IMG/VR virus record: IMGVR_UViG_3300049844_000042
Coordinates: 1-38,171 of that record
DNA: 38,171 nucleotides
DNA from: a virus
Lineage: Duplodnaviria; Caudoviricetes
Reading direction: 5' to 3' (one strand)
The notes under the pieces are model-generated. The model worked only from the letters and a program-made list of their open reading frames with translations. It did not search any database and was not told the DNA's origin. How positions within the stretch are numbered: position 1 is the first letter of the stretch; every line of letters begins with the position of its first letter. Positions 28,457 to 35,779 of the stretch are shown here, piece after piece. Position numbers and translations under genes: made by a program.

Positions 28457-28474
28457 GTGGGTGTACATTAACAA

Positions 28475-28615
28475 TTAAAGTTCAGATATTTCACTCTCTG
28501 CTGTCTTGTATTCCTCTGTCTCAAAGTTCTGATTTGATAGCCACTCATTCATTTCGTCGTGAGTGATGTCCTCAACAAATCCTTCGTTTGTTTCTAGGTT
28601 TATCATTCTTCTCAT
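28475..28615 (-). CDS. 46-aa acidic protein
   Basis: MRRMINLETNEGFVEDITHDEMNEWLSNQNFETEEYKTAESEISEL*; first ORF after a strong promoter. Confidence 0.6.
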   Translation of the reverse strand: MRRMINLETNEGFVEDITHDEMNEWLSNQNFETEEYKTAESEISEL

Positions 28616-28643
28616 AAGTAAAAGGTAATAATTTATTATGTAT

Positions 28644-28672
28644 AATATATTATCTTTACTTTACATTGTCAA
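28644..28672 (-). promoter_or_regulatory. Strong sigma70 early promoter, copy A
   Basis: TTGACA-ATGTAAAGTAAAGATAA-TATATT. Confidence 0.8.
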
Positions 28673-28850
28673 GTGATTTCTTTAGTTTAAACCTAGTCTT
28701 ATGAAAGTCAATATAGCCCTCTACTACTAGTGTATTTAGAATCCAATAAATACCTTGTCTGGTTTTTCCTATCTTTTCTGCAATTTCTGCTACAGATATA
28801 TCAGGATTCTTTTCTATAATTTTTAATATCTTTTTATATTCTGATCTCAT
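28656..28850 (-). CDS. Small winged-HTH regulator
   Basis: ILKIIEKNPDISVAEIAEKIGKTRQGIYWILNTLVVEGYI. Confidence 0.8.
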   Translation of the reverse strand: MRSEYKKILKIIEKNPDISVAEIAEKIGKTRQGIYWILNTLVVEGYIDFHKTRFKLKKSLDNVK

Positions 28851-28891
28851 AATTTTAATGATAATAATGGGGGAGTTTCACCCCCTAAAGG

Positions 28892-28981
28892 TTACTTTCT
28901 CTTTCCCTTTTTGGTTACTTTCTTAACAGCTTTCTTTACTGTCTTGACTGCCTTTTTTACTGCTTTCTTCATTCTGGGCAT
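28892..28981 (-). CDS. 29-aa Lys-rich histone-H1-tail-like peptide
   Basis: MPRMKKAVKKAVKTVKKAVKKVTKKGKRK*; followed by a GC hairpin at 28869-28885. Confidence 0.6.
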   Translation of the reverse strand: MPRMKKAVKKAVKTVKKAVKKVTKKGKRK

Positions 28982-29008
28982 TATAATAAATAAAATCTAT
29001 CAAAGCCT

Positions 29009-29170
29009 TTATTCGGTTGGTTTTACACAAATTATCAATGCACAAATGATTCCCCCTATCCAAAACCCTGCGAGTGTAAACAGTGTGACCAATAGAACAT
29101 TACCACACCCCTTATCTACTACTGCTAAAGGAGGGAATAACAAACATGCTAATACTCTCCAAATTGACAT
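29009..29170 (-). CDS. YqaE/Pmp3-family small membrane proteolipid
   Basis: MSIWRVLACLLFPPLAVVDKGCGNVLLVTLFTLAGFWIGGIICALII; PPLAV and two-helix pattern. Confidence 0.8.
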   Translation of the reverse strand: MSIWRVLACLLFPPLAVVDKGCGNVLLVTLFTLAGFWIGGIICALIICVKPTE

Positions 29171-29179
29171 CTTAATTAA

Positions 29180-29398
29180 TTAATAAATAAAAGTAACAAA
29201 CAGTCTTTCCTTTGCTCCACATCTCTTACATTTACTGATTTTAATATTGGCATCCATTACATTAATACCGATCACCCTTTTTTCTATCTTGTTCACTGCA
29301 TAACCCCATTGATGACCAAATATCTTGCAGATTAATCCCTCTCTACCAGATACTTCCCACTTTCCCTTCTTCTTCGCTAGATCCCTTATGTAAGGCAT
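29180..29398 (-). CDS. DUF1660-like zinc-binding phage protein
   Basis: LICKIFGHQW...CKRCG. Confidence 0.65.
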   Translation of the reverse strand: MPYIRDLAKKKGKWEVSGREGLICKIFGHQWGYAVNKIEKRVIGINVMDANIKISKCKRCGAKERLFVTFIY

Positions 29399-29415
29399 TT
29401 TTTAATATATAAAAA

Positions 29416-29703
29416 TTAAATTAACTTTAAGTTATCATCCTTTAATCCCCTTACCTCCATGTCTTCCACAGGGATTATAAACACACTTTTCCCACCTATC
29501 TTTCTTATAACCTCATCAGATCCATATTTATTAGCAATATCCAAAGCCTTGTCGTAATCAATGAGATACTCCTTTTCTTCTTGCCCTATGGTACATTCAT
29601 AATCCCATGCATTCTTTAAAGCATTAACTTCTATCCCTATGCAGTATTTAGGCTGTGTACCAAACTGGTATGCCATAAATCCTTTTTTAACTTTGTATTT
29701 CAT
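29416..29703 (-). CDS. Hypothetical protein
   Basis: 95 aa coupled ORF. Confidence 0.65.
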   Translation of the reverse strand: MKYKVKKGFMAYQFGTQPKYCIGIEVNALKNAWDYECTIGQEEKEYLIDYDKALDIANKYGSDEVIRKIGGKSVFIIPVEDMEVRGLKDDNLKLI

Positions 29704-30089
29704 TATCTTTGATTAAAAACTTGTTGTTGTAATTCCCTTAGCCTATCCCTACAGGCTCTGCAAACCTTATCAACACCCTTAATTAAATGGGATATTCGTA
29801 TCTGTTCCTTTCCTTCTTCGCTACCTCTCCAGTACAAAGCTGTGTCTGCATTACTCTTGTAATTAGCTCTATTCTGAATCATAAAGGTTGCTTCTAATAT
29901 CTCAAGTTCACCTTGTCTTTCTTCTAATAAAGCACTAAATCCTGCTAAGAGTGAAAGATAGTTATTAGCTCTCTCTCCTGTTAGAGTTTGTACATTTTCT
30001 TTAGAGTAGTCCTCTACGGCTCTGCTTCCAAACTTTAGTATTGTGTCTTTTATGTTTTCAATGTTTTCTTCCATTTTAATTTGTTTCAT
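29703..30089 (-). CDS. Hypothetical helical protein
   Basis: 128 aa. Confidence 0.65.
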   Translation of the reverse strand: MKQIKMEENIENIKDTILKFGSRAVEDYSKENVQTLTGERANNYLSLLAGFSALLEERQGELEILEATFMIQNRANYKSNADTALYWRGSEEGKEQIRISHLIKGVDKVCRACRDRLRELQQQVFNQR

Positions 30090-30261
30090 TATGTTTTATA
30101 AAATACCTTAGATAGCTTAAATAACTTTTAATCAGTCTCTTTACATTATTTAAAGACATAGAGCCTTTCCTTTGTTTAGCACCATCTATAGTAATCCAAC
30201 TAATATCATAATCCATCAAATTAATTAGTGATTCTATTCTTTTCTTTTCCTTTTTAGTCAT
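30076..30261 (-). CDS. Hypothetical protein
   Basis: 61 aa. Confidence 0.55.
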   Translation of the reverse strand: MTKKEKKRIESLINLMDYDISWITIDGAKQRKGSMSLNNVKRLIKSYLSYLRYFIKHNETN

Positions 30262-30269
30262 TTTATTAC

Positions 30270-30704
30270 TTATAAAAAGTACTTTTTCATCAAAAACATC
30301 TTTTCACTTTCAAAAGGCTTTGTATCAAACTCTCCTTCTCCTAGCTTCTTAACAGAATAACTAGTATTAAAACCTGTTCCACTTTTAGTTATTTCTATTT
30401 CATACTTTTGTGGATCTCCGAATTCTTTACCTAACATAGCAATCTGGTTTCCTAGTAACACTCCACATTGAAGTATCTTTACCTTGCCACTTGACAATAT
30501 AATCCAAGTAAATCTTTTCTTGCCTTCCAAACCTTTTTCCTTAGCTTCTTCTTCACTAAATCGTACCCAGCCTCTTGATGTTCTCATTCCATATTCGTCA
30601 ACTATATTTCCCTTACTAATTATTTGTATTACTTGCTTACCATCTTTCATTTTGTAAAAGTCTGATGGCTTCTCATAAGTTGCATAGTCTATTGGTGTTA
30701 TCAT
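30270..30704 (-). CDS. Probable single-stranded DNA-binding protein (OB-fold)
   Basis: FYKMKDG, VKILQ, YEIEITKSGTGFNTSYSV; adjacent to the exonuclease. Confidence 0.55.
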   Translation of the reverse strand: MITPIDYATYEKPSDFYKMKDGKQVIQIISKGNIVDEYGMRTSRGWVRFSEEEAKEKGLEGKKRFTWIILSSGKVKILQCGVLLGNQIAMLGKEFGDPQKYEIEITKSGTGFNTSYSVKKLGEGEFDTKPFESEKMFLMKKYFL

Positions 30705-31411
30705 AGTTTTAAAGTTAAAGGATAATCTATTACTTCTTTAGGCTCTGGAATTTTGTTCCCATTAAGCATCTTATACATAGAGTAAACAGTCATGAAGTCC
30801 TTAGTCCTAACAGGCTCACCTTCTATTTCTATGTCTTTTTCTTCTAATACTGTATATCCTTTTTTAGTTCTAGGATTTAAGTGTAGTATCATTCTGTTTG
30901 CAAGTTCATTAGTCATCTCCTGTAATGCACATTGGTATGCTGTTATTTGTAGTAAGTGTTCTGTATAGATAGAACTTGAAGTCTTTATATCAACTATAGT
31001 CAATATGCCTTTTATCTTGCAAAGTATATCTAATGTTCCAGCATATCCTAATTCAGAAGCTAATACCTTTTCTATCTCAATAACTTCTGGTTGATATTCT
31101 GCACACCAATTCTTAAATGCTACTAGGCATTTCTTATCACTCTCTAATGGAAATTGTGTTAGATCTATCTCTACTCCTCTTAGCATTTCTTCACAAGCAT
31201 TGTGTATTGCTGTTCCTCTCTCACCTGCTTTCTCTAGTTTCTCTTTAGCCTTGTCATTTCCAACTTCACCAATCCATTGTCGTAATGCAAATGGTGTTGG
31301 CATAGCTTCTTGAAGTATCTTAGTAACTGATGGTTTGAAAACTCCATCTACATAGTAATAATGTGTGTCATCAATTACCTTCTTTACTATTTCTGGTTTA
31401 TAGAGTTTCAT
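30701..31411 (-). CDS. PD-(D/E)XK exonuclease (recombination)
   Basis: PSVTKIL, RGTAIH, GYAGTLD, IVDIKT, LQITAY. Confidence 0.88.
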   Translation of the reverse strand: MKLYKPEIVKKVIDDTHYYYVDGVFKPSVTKILQEAMPTPFALRQWIGEVGNDKAKEKLEKAGERGTAIHNACEEMLRGVEIDLTQFPLESDKKCLVAFKNWCAEYQPEVIEIEKVLASELGYAGTLDILCKIKGILTIVDIKTSSSIYTEHLLQITAYQCALQEMTNELANRMILHLNPRTKKGYTVLEEKDIEIEGEPVRTKDFMTVYSMYKMLNGNKIPEPKEVIDYPLTLKL

Positions 31412-31437
31412 AAGATAAAGTAATAAGTTATGGTATA

Positions 31438-31466
31438 AATATATACCTATTACTTTACTTTGTCAA
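31438..31466 (-). promoter_or_regulatory. Strong sigma70 early promoter, copy B
   Basis: TTGACA-AAGTAAAGTAATAGGTA-TATATT. Confidence 0.8.
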
Positions 31467-31567
31467 GTGTATTTCAGTGTTGTGAGACTTGGGTATTTGG
31501 TGTATACTATTAGTTCTTGTTGTTTTAACCCAAGTACTGGTGACTGAAAGGTCTTCTGGTATTTCGG

Positions 31568-31963
31568 TTAAGATAATAAGTCTACTATCTGTTGATAATC
31601 AAACTTATAATACCCATTCTTTTTTACCTTCAATTCATCTAGGAACTTTTGCCCATACCTTTTAATTAAAAACTCTACAAACTCTGTTGGTGTTTTGTGT
31701 GCAGAAAAGTCACTTTGTAAGGTGTGATGTCCTGAACATAAAGTTATCCCATTATTTATATCCCATCTGGTACTAAAGTTTGTCCTTGAATAGATATGAT
31801 GTGAGTTAAGATATGTTTTTTTACCACAATAAACACAGGAATAACCATCTCTCTCTTTTACCTTTTCTGACCATAGAGAGTCCAAATGTTTTTGTAGCTT
31901 CTTTATGCTCACCTTCTTTTTACCTAGCTGTTTTTCTTTACTGTAACTCATCATCTTTATCAA
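31568..31963 (-). CDS. NinG/Rap-like HNH nuclease
   Basis: LDSLWS..VKERD..CVYCG..HHIYSR..RWDINNGITLCSGHH. Confidence 0.82.
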   Translation of the reverse strand: MIKMMSYSKEKQLGKKKVSIKKLQKHLDSLWSEKVKERDGYSCVYCGKKTYLNSHHIYSRTNFSTRWDINNGITLCSGHHTLQSDFSAHKTPTEFVEFLIKRYGQKFLDELKVKKNGYYKFDYQQIVDLLS

Positions 31964-32150
31964 TCTTAATATCTACTAAAATACCTAGCCTTACTGCTCC
32001 TAGAAGCTCTTTAATACAAGAGTGTAGTGTTACACCACTTCTAGGCTCTTTTACAATTACATCCCCATTCACTTCGTTTATTTGAGCCTCTATCTCTCTC
32101 CCCTCTGGTATCCCCCTCCAATCTATTAATGTGAAGTATTCTTCAGTCAT
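31938..32150 (-). CDS. Hypothetical protein
   Basis: 70 aa. Confidence 0.6.
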   Translation of the reverse strand: MTEEYFTLIDWRGIPEGREIEAQINEVNGDVIVKEPRSGVTLHSCIKELLGAVRLGILVDIKIDKDDELQ

Positions 32151-32421
32151 CTTCTAATTCCTGTAATCCACTAAAATGTGCGTAATCCTCATGTAGCATC
32201 TTTAGTCCATCAGCTTCTATTCTTACTCTCTCTAGTAGATCCCCATACATAATTATCATCTTTTCTAATAACATTTCCTTAGCTTCTAGTTGTGTGTAGC
32301 CCATATCGTAAATGTCAAACTCGTTAGCACCAATAAGGTATTTATTGCCTTTCTTCTTTATCCAGTACAGTCTGGTTTTAGGATTGAATAGTTTTTTCTT
32401 TTTAGTCTTTTTCATTTCCAT
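32143..32421 (-). CDS. Hypothetical protein
   Basis: 92 aa. Confidence 0.6.
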   Translation of the reverse strand: MEMKKTKKKKLFNPKTRLYWIKKKGNKYLIGANEFDIYDMGYTQLEAKEMLLEKMIIMYGDLLERVRIEADGLKMLHEDYAHFSGLQELEDD

Positions 32422-32588
32422 AATCGGTTAAATATTCTATCCATCTCCTCTTTTAATGCCCAGTCTATAGTGTCAACTATGTCCTCCTCTGTTACTACAG
32501 CACCCATTCCATCTTTCTTTCCACTCTTGTAGTCTTGCAAGTCTTTGTGCAAGTCGTAATAAAAATCGTCATTAAATTTGTATTTCAT
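32412..32588 (-). CDS. 58-aa hypothetical protein (not in ORF track)
   Basis: MKYKFNDDFYYDLHKDLQDYKSGKKDG...RLWK*; ATGA coupling. Confidence 0.6.
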   Translation of the reverse strand: MKYKFNDDFYYDLHKDLQDYKSGKKDGMGAVVTEEDIVDTIDWALKEEMDRIFNRLWK

Positions 32589-32878
32589 TTTTCTATATTA
32601 ACATTTATTCTCCCCTGAAATTGAGGACTGATATACGATTGTGCATAGGTACAATCTTCTGTATCTCTACTTTCTCCCATTATAATAACACTACTGTTCC
32701 TAGTTACAATAATATGTGGCTTACACCCTACAACTACTGGACACAACGAGCATATCTGTTGGAAGAATCCACCGAGTACGATCCTCTGGGGCGTGTCTTC
32801 TATTGGAGTTATTGCCCAAAAATCTAGTATGCTTGAATTTGAAATCTGAAACTTGTAGCTTTCTTTTTCTTCTTCCAT
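32585..32878 (-). CDS. Four-cysteine small protein
   Basis: ICSLCPVVVGCKP...DCTY. Confidence 0.65.
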   Translation of the reverse strand: MEEEKESYKFQISNSSILDFWAITPIEDTPQRIVLGGFFQQICSLCPVVVGCKPHIIVTRNSSVIIMGESRDTEDCTYAQSYISPQFQGRINVNIEK

Positions 32879-32879
32879 T

Positions 32880-33230
32880 TTATTTCTTATATGGACATTC
32901 TGTATGTAATTGGTATCTTCTTTTCTTTCTATTTTCTATAAACAGTCTAGTAAGATACCTTCCCAGTCCTGTCAAACCACCTTCTATGTTATGTATTTCT
33001 TGTCTATGTAGATCCTTACACACTAACAATCCCACCTCTGGATCTTGAGAGTGCCTATCAGAATATGCTTCTGAACAGTGATGGGCTTCTAATGGTATCT
33101 CATCTCCTTTATCACTAAAACCACACTCATTTACTGGACACGCCCTACAAAATATAGCACCAAATTCCTTCCTATGATTAGTAATAACGCCCTCCCTAAA
33201 TTCTCTTTGATTAAGGCGTTTCTCACTCAT
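32880..33230 (-). CDS. HNH-like zinc-binding protein
   Basis: CRAC...LEAHH...LVCKDLH..IH. Confidence 0.6.
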   Translation of the reverse strand: MSEKRLNQREFREGVITNHRKEFGAIFCRACPVNECGFSDKGDEIPLEAHHCSEAYSDRHSQDPEVGLLVCKDLHRQEIHNIEGGLTGLGRYLTRLFIENRKKRRYQLHTECPYKK

Positions 33231-33251
33231 TCTTTCCTCCTATTAAACTAC

Positions 33252-33329
33252 TTACCATTCCTCTCTATTAACGATTAAGAATACAGACACGCCAATAATT
33301 ATGAATGTGATTAAACATAATATTTCCAT
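33252..33329 (-). CDS. 25-aa TM peptide
   Basis: MEILCLITFIIIGVSVFLIVNREEW*. Confidence 0.4.
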   Translation of the reverse strand: MEILCLITFIIIGVSVFLIVNREEW

Positions 33330-33369
33330 GTTCCTAATCTACTCCCTAAACTTTACTCTTTGCAAGTAC

Positions 33370-33945
33370 TTAATCACTTAAATATCTACTTCCCTCTAAT
33401 CTCTCGTATTGTGTTTGTGTTTCCTCCTGTTTTTTATAAGAAAACCTTTTTATCTTATTATTATTTATCTTATTATTATTTGCTCTTAGTTTTCTCATAG
33501 TTAGAGTATGAATTTTCTCATAGTCAGAATATGAGTTTTCTAAGAGTCGAACATTGGTTATAAATCGTATAGTACCCCCATTGGCTTTTTGTCTAGATCC
33601 CTTCGTTATCAGCTTTTTTTGCGATAAATTGGCGATTGCATTGTTTACTGTACTCTCGCTACAGTCAAATATCTTTCCCAGCTGTTCATTAGTGAAATAA
33701 AACCTGCCTGTACTATTACCCATATAAAACCTGATAAAGCCATATAGAAGGGTTTCAGTCTGTGATAATTTGTACCTCTTTGCAACTTCTGGATAATAAG
33801 GGATAAATTCTGGAGTAAAAATCTTACTAGCATTTGCTTCTGATATTTCTCTCTTTTGCATTTCTTCCTCATCGTAGGTAAAGAGAAGGTGTTCTGTTTT
33901 GAGTCCATTCTTGTCCTCTGTTATTGATGCTCCTGATTCTTGCAT
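33370..33945 (-). CDS. Replication initiator / replisome organiser (winged HTH)
   Basis: LSQTETLLYGFI..TNEQLGKIF..SESTVNNAIANL..KKLI; NNNKINNNK linker; internal iterons. Start is probably 33945 or 33861, not 33987. Confidence 0.8.
   Translation of the reverse strand: MQESGASITEDKNGLKTEHLLFTYDEEEMQKREISEANASKIFTPEFIPYYPEVAKRYKLSQTETLLYGFIRFYMGNSTGRFYFTNEQLGKIFDCSESTVNNAIANLSQKKLITKGSRQKANGGTIRFITNVRLLENSYSDYEKIHTLTMRKLRANNNKINNNKIKRFSYKKQEETQTQYERLEGSRYLSD
33488..33550. repeat. 23-bp iterons, probable replication origin
   Basis: AGTTTTCTCATAGTTAGAGTATG / AATTTTCTCATAGTCAGAATATG / AGTTTTCTAAGAGTC. Confidence 0.75.
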
Positions 33946-33963
33946 TTTAGAAAAGTTATAGGT

Positions 33964-34008
33964 AAAAACCTCCCACCTATGAAACATTCACGGAACATAG
34001 GTGAGAGA
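33964..34008 (-). terminator. Intrinsic terminator in the rep leader (attenuator)
   Basis: CTCTCACCTATG-14 nt-CATAGGTGGGAG then GTTTTT. Confidence 0.65.
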
Positions 34009-34020
34009 AATTAAAGCTCA

Positions 34021-34077
34021 TTAAGCCCTAGTTTCTATGGTTTTCTTCTGAATTTCTTTTAATGTGAATGTTGTCAT
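34021..34077 (-). CDS. 18-aa candidate leader peptide
   Basis: MTTFTLKEIQKKTIETRA*; ATG at the predicted transcription start. Confidence 0.45.
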   Translation of the reverse strand: MTTFTLKEIQKKTIETRA

Positions 34078-34083
34078 GTCTAC

Positions 34084-34112
34084 AAATTATACTTAATCCA
34101 TATCAATGTCAA
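34084..34112 (-). promoter_or_regulatory. Sigma70 promoter for the replication operon
   Basis: TTGACA with TAATTT at 17 bp (TATAAT at 15 bp). Confidence 0.65.
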
Positions 34113-34115
34113 GAC

Positions 34116-34159
34116 AAAAAAATAGCTGGTCGCTTCTTGGGGAAGTTATACCAGCTATT
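34116..34159 (-). terminator. Intrinsic terminator ending the late/lysis transcript
   Basis: AATAGCTGGT...ACCAGCTATT followed by a T run; inner CTTC/GAAG pairing. Confidence 0.85.
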
Positions 34160-34189
34160 ACTCTTATTACCCTGATTTAAAGATACACC

Positions 34190-34429
34190 CTAGTATCTGT
34201 TTTGTCTATTAAAATAGCAGTCTTGGTTATGATTAAAGCCATGATGAGGGATTATCTGCCATTTGTCCCATCTCAACCTCTGTGTAGGCTCACAATCGTT
34301 AAAAAATGGACATCCCCTACATATCCTCGTTAGCATAAGACCTATCACAAACCTTCTTTTAAGCCCCATGCTATCAGTTTCAAACCTATCTTTTACTTTC
34401 CATACCCTTACTTCTTCCATATTTAGCAA
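34190..34429 (-). CDS. Four-cysteine small protein, paralog-like to 32585..32878
   Basis: ICRGCPFFNDCEP...DCYF. Confidence 0.6.
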   Translation of the reverse strand: MLNMEEVRVWKVKDRFETDSMGLKRRFVIGLMLTRICRGCPFFNDCEPTQRLRWDKWQIIPHHGFNHNQDCYFNRQNRY

Positions 34430-34512
34430 AAATAAAGGAGAGTATACATATGATTCTCTCCTTTTGTAGTTTTAGACTTCTGGTCTGCTACTAGTTTAAT
34501 ATACACCTCGTA

Positions 34513-34806
34513 CTATTTACCTGCAATAGTCTTTTGTAACTTACCATCATTATAGAACATTGCAAAGATAGTTTGGCTGGTTACTAATATTGCCCCAAAT
34601 CTGACGCTAAGAGCCTTTAGGAACTCCCAAACATCAGTGGTTGGTATGTTTGTACCTACCTCTGGTAATAAAGCCACTACAAAGGCAAGAACTATAGCAA
34701 CTGCTCTTTTTGCATTTCCTTCTTCTATTTTAAAGATTCTAACCACTAAAGTTACTAGTGGTGGTATGAAAGCTGAAGCAATCAAAGCCATTGTGTTTAC
34801 ATCCAT
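34513..34806 (-). CDS. Holin-like membrane protein
   Basis: 97 aa, three hydrophobic segments, follows endolysin. Confidence 0.7.
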   Translation of the reverse strand: MDVNTMALIASAFIPPLVTLVVRIFKIEEGNAKRAVAIVLAFVVALLPEVGTNIPTTDVWEFLKALSVRFGAILVTSQTIFAMFYNDGKLQKTIAGK

Positions 34807-34831
34807 CTGAATAAAATAATAAATAAACTAC

Positions 34832-35779
34832 CTATTTCTTCTCAAAGAACTTCTTAAGTGCATCTGCAAATTTATTAACCACATCAAGAAACCAAGTAAA
34901 AAACTTTCCATTGTTATTTGCTGACTGGCACAATATAAGTTCTTTTTCTGTTCTTTCGTAATTAGCCTTGTAGGTATCTCTTTCAATCCCAACCTTATCC
35001 TTGTCGCTTGTAAGTGTAGCAATGACTTCTTCCAACTTCTTCGCATTAGCCTCCGATTTAGTTCCGAGATCAACCAGTTGAGCATTTGTTTCATCAACCT
35101 TAATAGTTAATTTTGCTATCTCTACATCCTTTTGAGTTGCTATATCCTTCCACTTAATAGCCTCATTGTATAACCCTTTGACTGTAGCTAGTTCCCCTTG
35201 TACTGCTGTTAATTGTTTTTTTAATTCTTCAATCATTTTGTCTGCTGATTTAAAAAGTAATTTTAATGCTATTGGCTTCCCTTTTGGTATTCCAGTCCAG
35301 CTAGAGCTTTGATACCAACTCTGTAACCCATTCTCATTCTTACTAACCCACACTTCACCTGTATCTACAAATCTACCCCCATCACATAAAGCATTATTTC
35401 CCCCTCCATTTCTTAGCCATCTAACAATACAAGTCCAGTGAAGATGTGGCTGTGCTTTACCATTACTATCCCCACTCTTGGTTATTACTTGTCCTTGTTT
35501 ATAGAAAGCTCCTACCTTTGGAAGATTAGGGGTGTTTATATGTACAAACTGATGTTGGAAGTGTGCCTTATTGCCATCCTCCATCTCGTATACTTTGGGA
35601 CAATCTAATATAAAACTATCAAACCCATTAGTACTTATTACTGTTCCATCGTCAGGAGCTACAAAAGCAAAATAGGTCATACCTTGATGCCCATAGTCTG
35701 TTCCTGCATGAGGGACTGTTCTAAAGGTCTGATAATCTGCAAAATTACTCGTTATATGGTGATCTGTGCATTTTATCAT
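34832..35779 (-). CDS. M23-family peptidase endolysin with C-terminal coiled coil
   Basis: HAGTDY (HxxxD), APDDGTV, PHLHW (HxH); heptad-rich C-terminal third. Confidence 0.85.
   Translation of the reverse strand: MIKCTDHHITSNFADYQTFRTVPHAGTDYGHQGMTYFAFVAPDDGTVISTNGFDSFILDCPKVYEMEDGNKAHFQHQFVHINTPNLPKVGAFYKQGQVITKSGDSNGKAQPHLHWTCIVRWLRNGGGNNALCDGGRFVDTGEVWVSKNENGLQSWYQSSSWTGIPKGKPIALKLLFKSADKMIEELKKQLTAVQGELATVKGLYNEAIKWKDIATQKDVEIAKLTIKVDETNAQLVDLGTKSEANAKKLEEVIATLTSDKDKVGIERDTYKANYERTEKELILCQSANNNGKFFTWFLDVVNKFADALKKFFEKK

Noticed and set aside
30701-31411. Cas4 / CRISPR system
   Set aside because: It lacks the C-terminal cysteine cluster, and there are no other cas genes or repeat-spacer array. 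It is better explained as a recombination exonuclease.
32585-34429. WhiB-family regulators
   Set aside because: They have the C-x2-C-x5-C spacing but no upstream Cys and no GxWGG turn.
33645-35097. Alternative-frame minus ORFs 33645..33908 and 34828..35097 as nested genes (e.g. spanin)
   Set aside because: No lipobox or signal peptide and no initiation motif; both are fully nested in rep and the endolysin.
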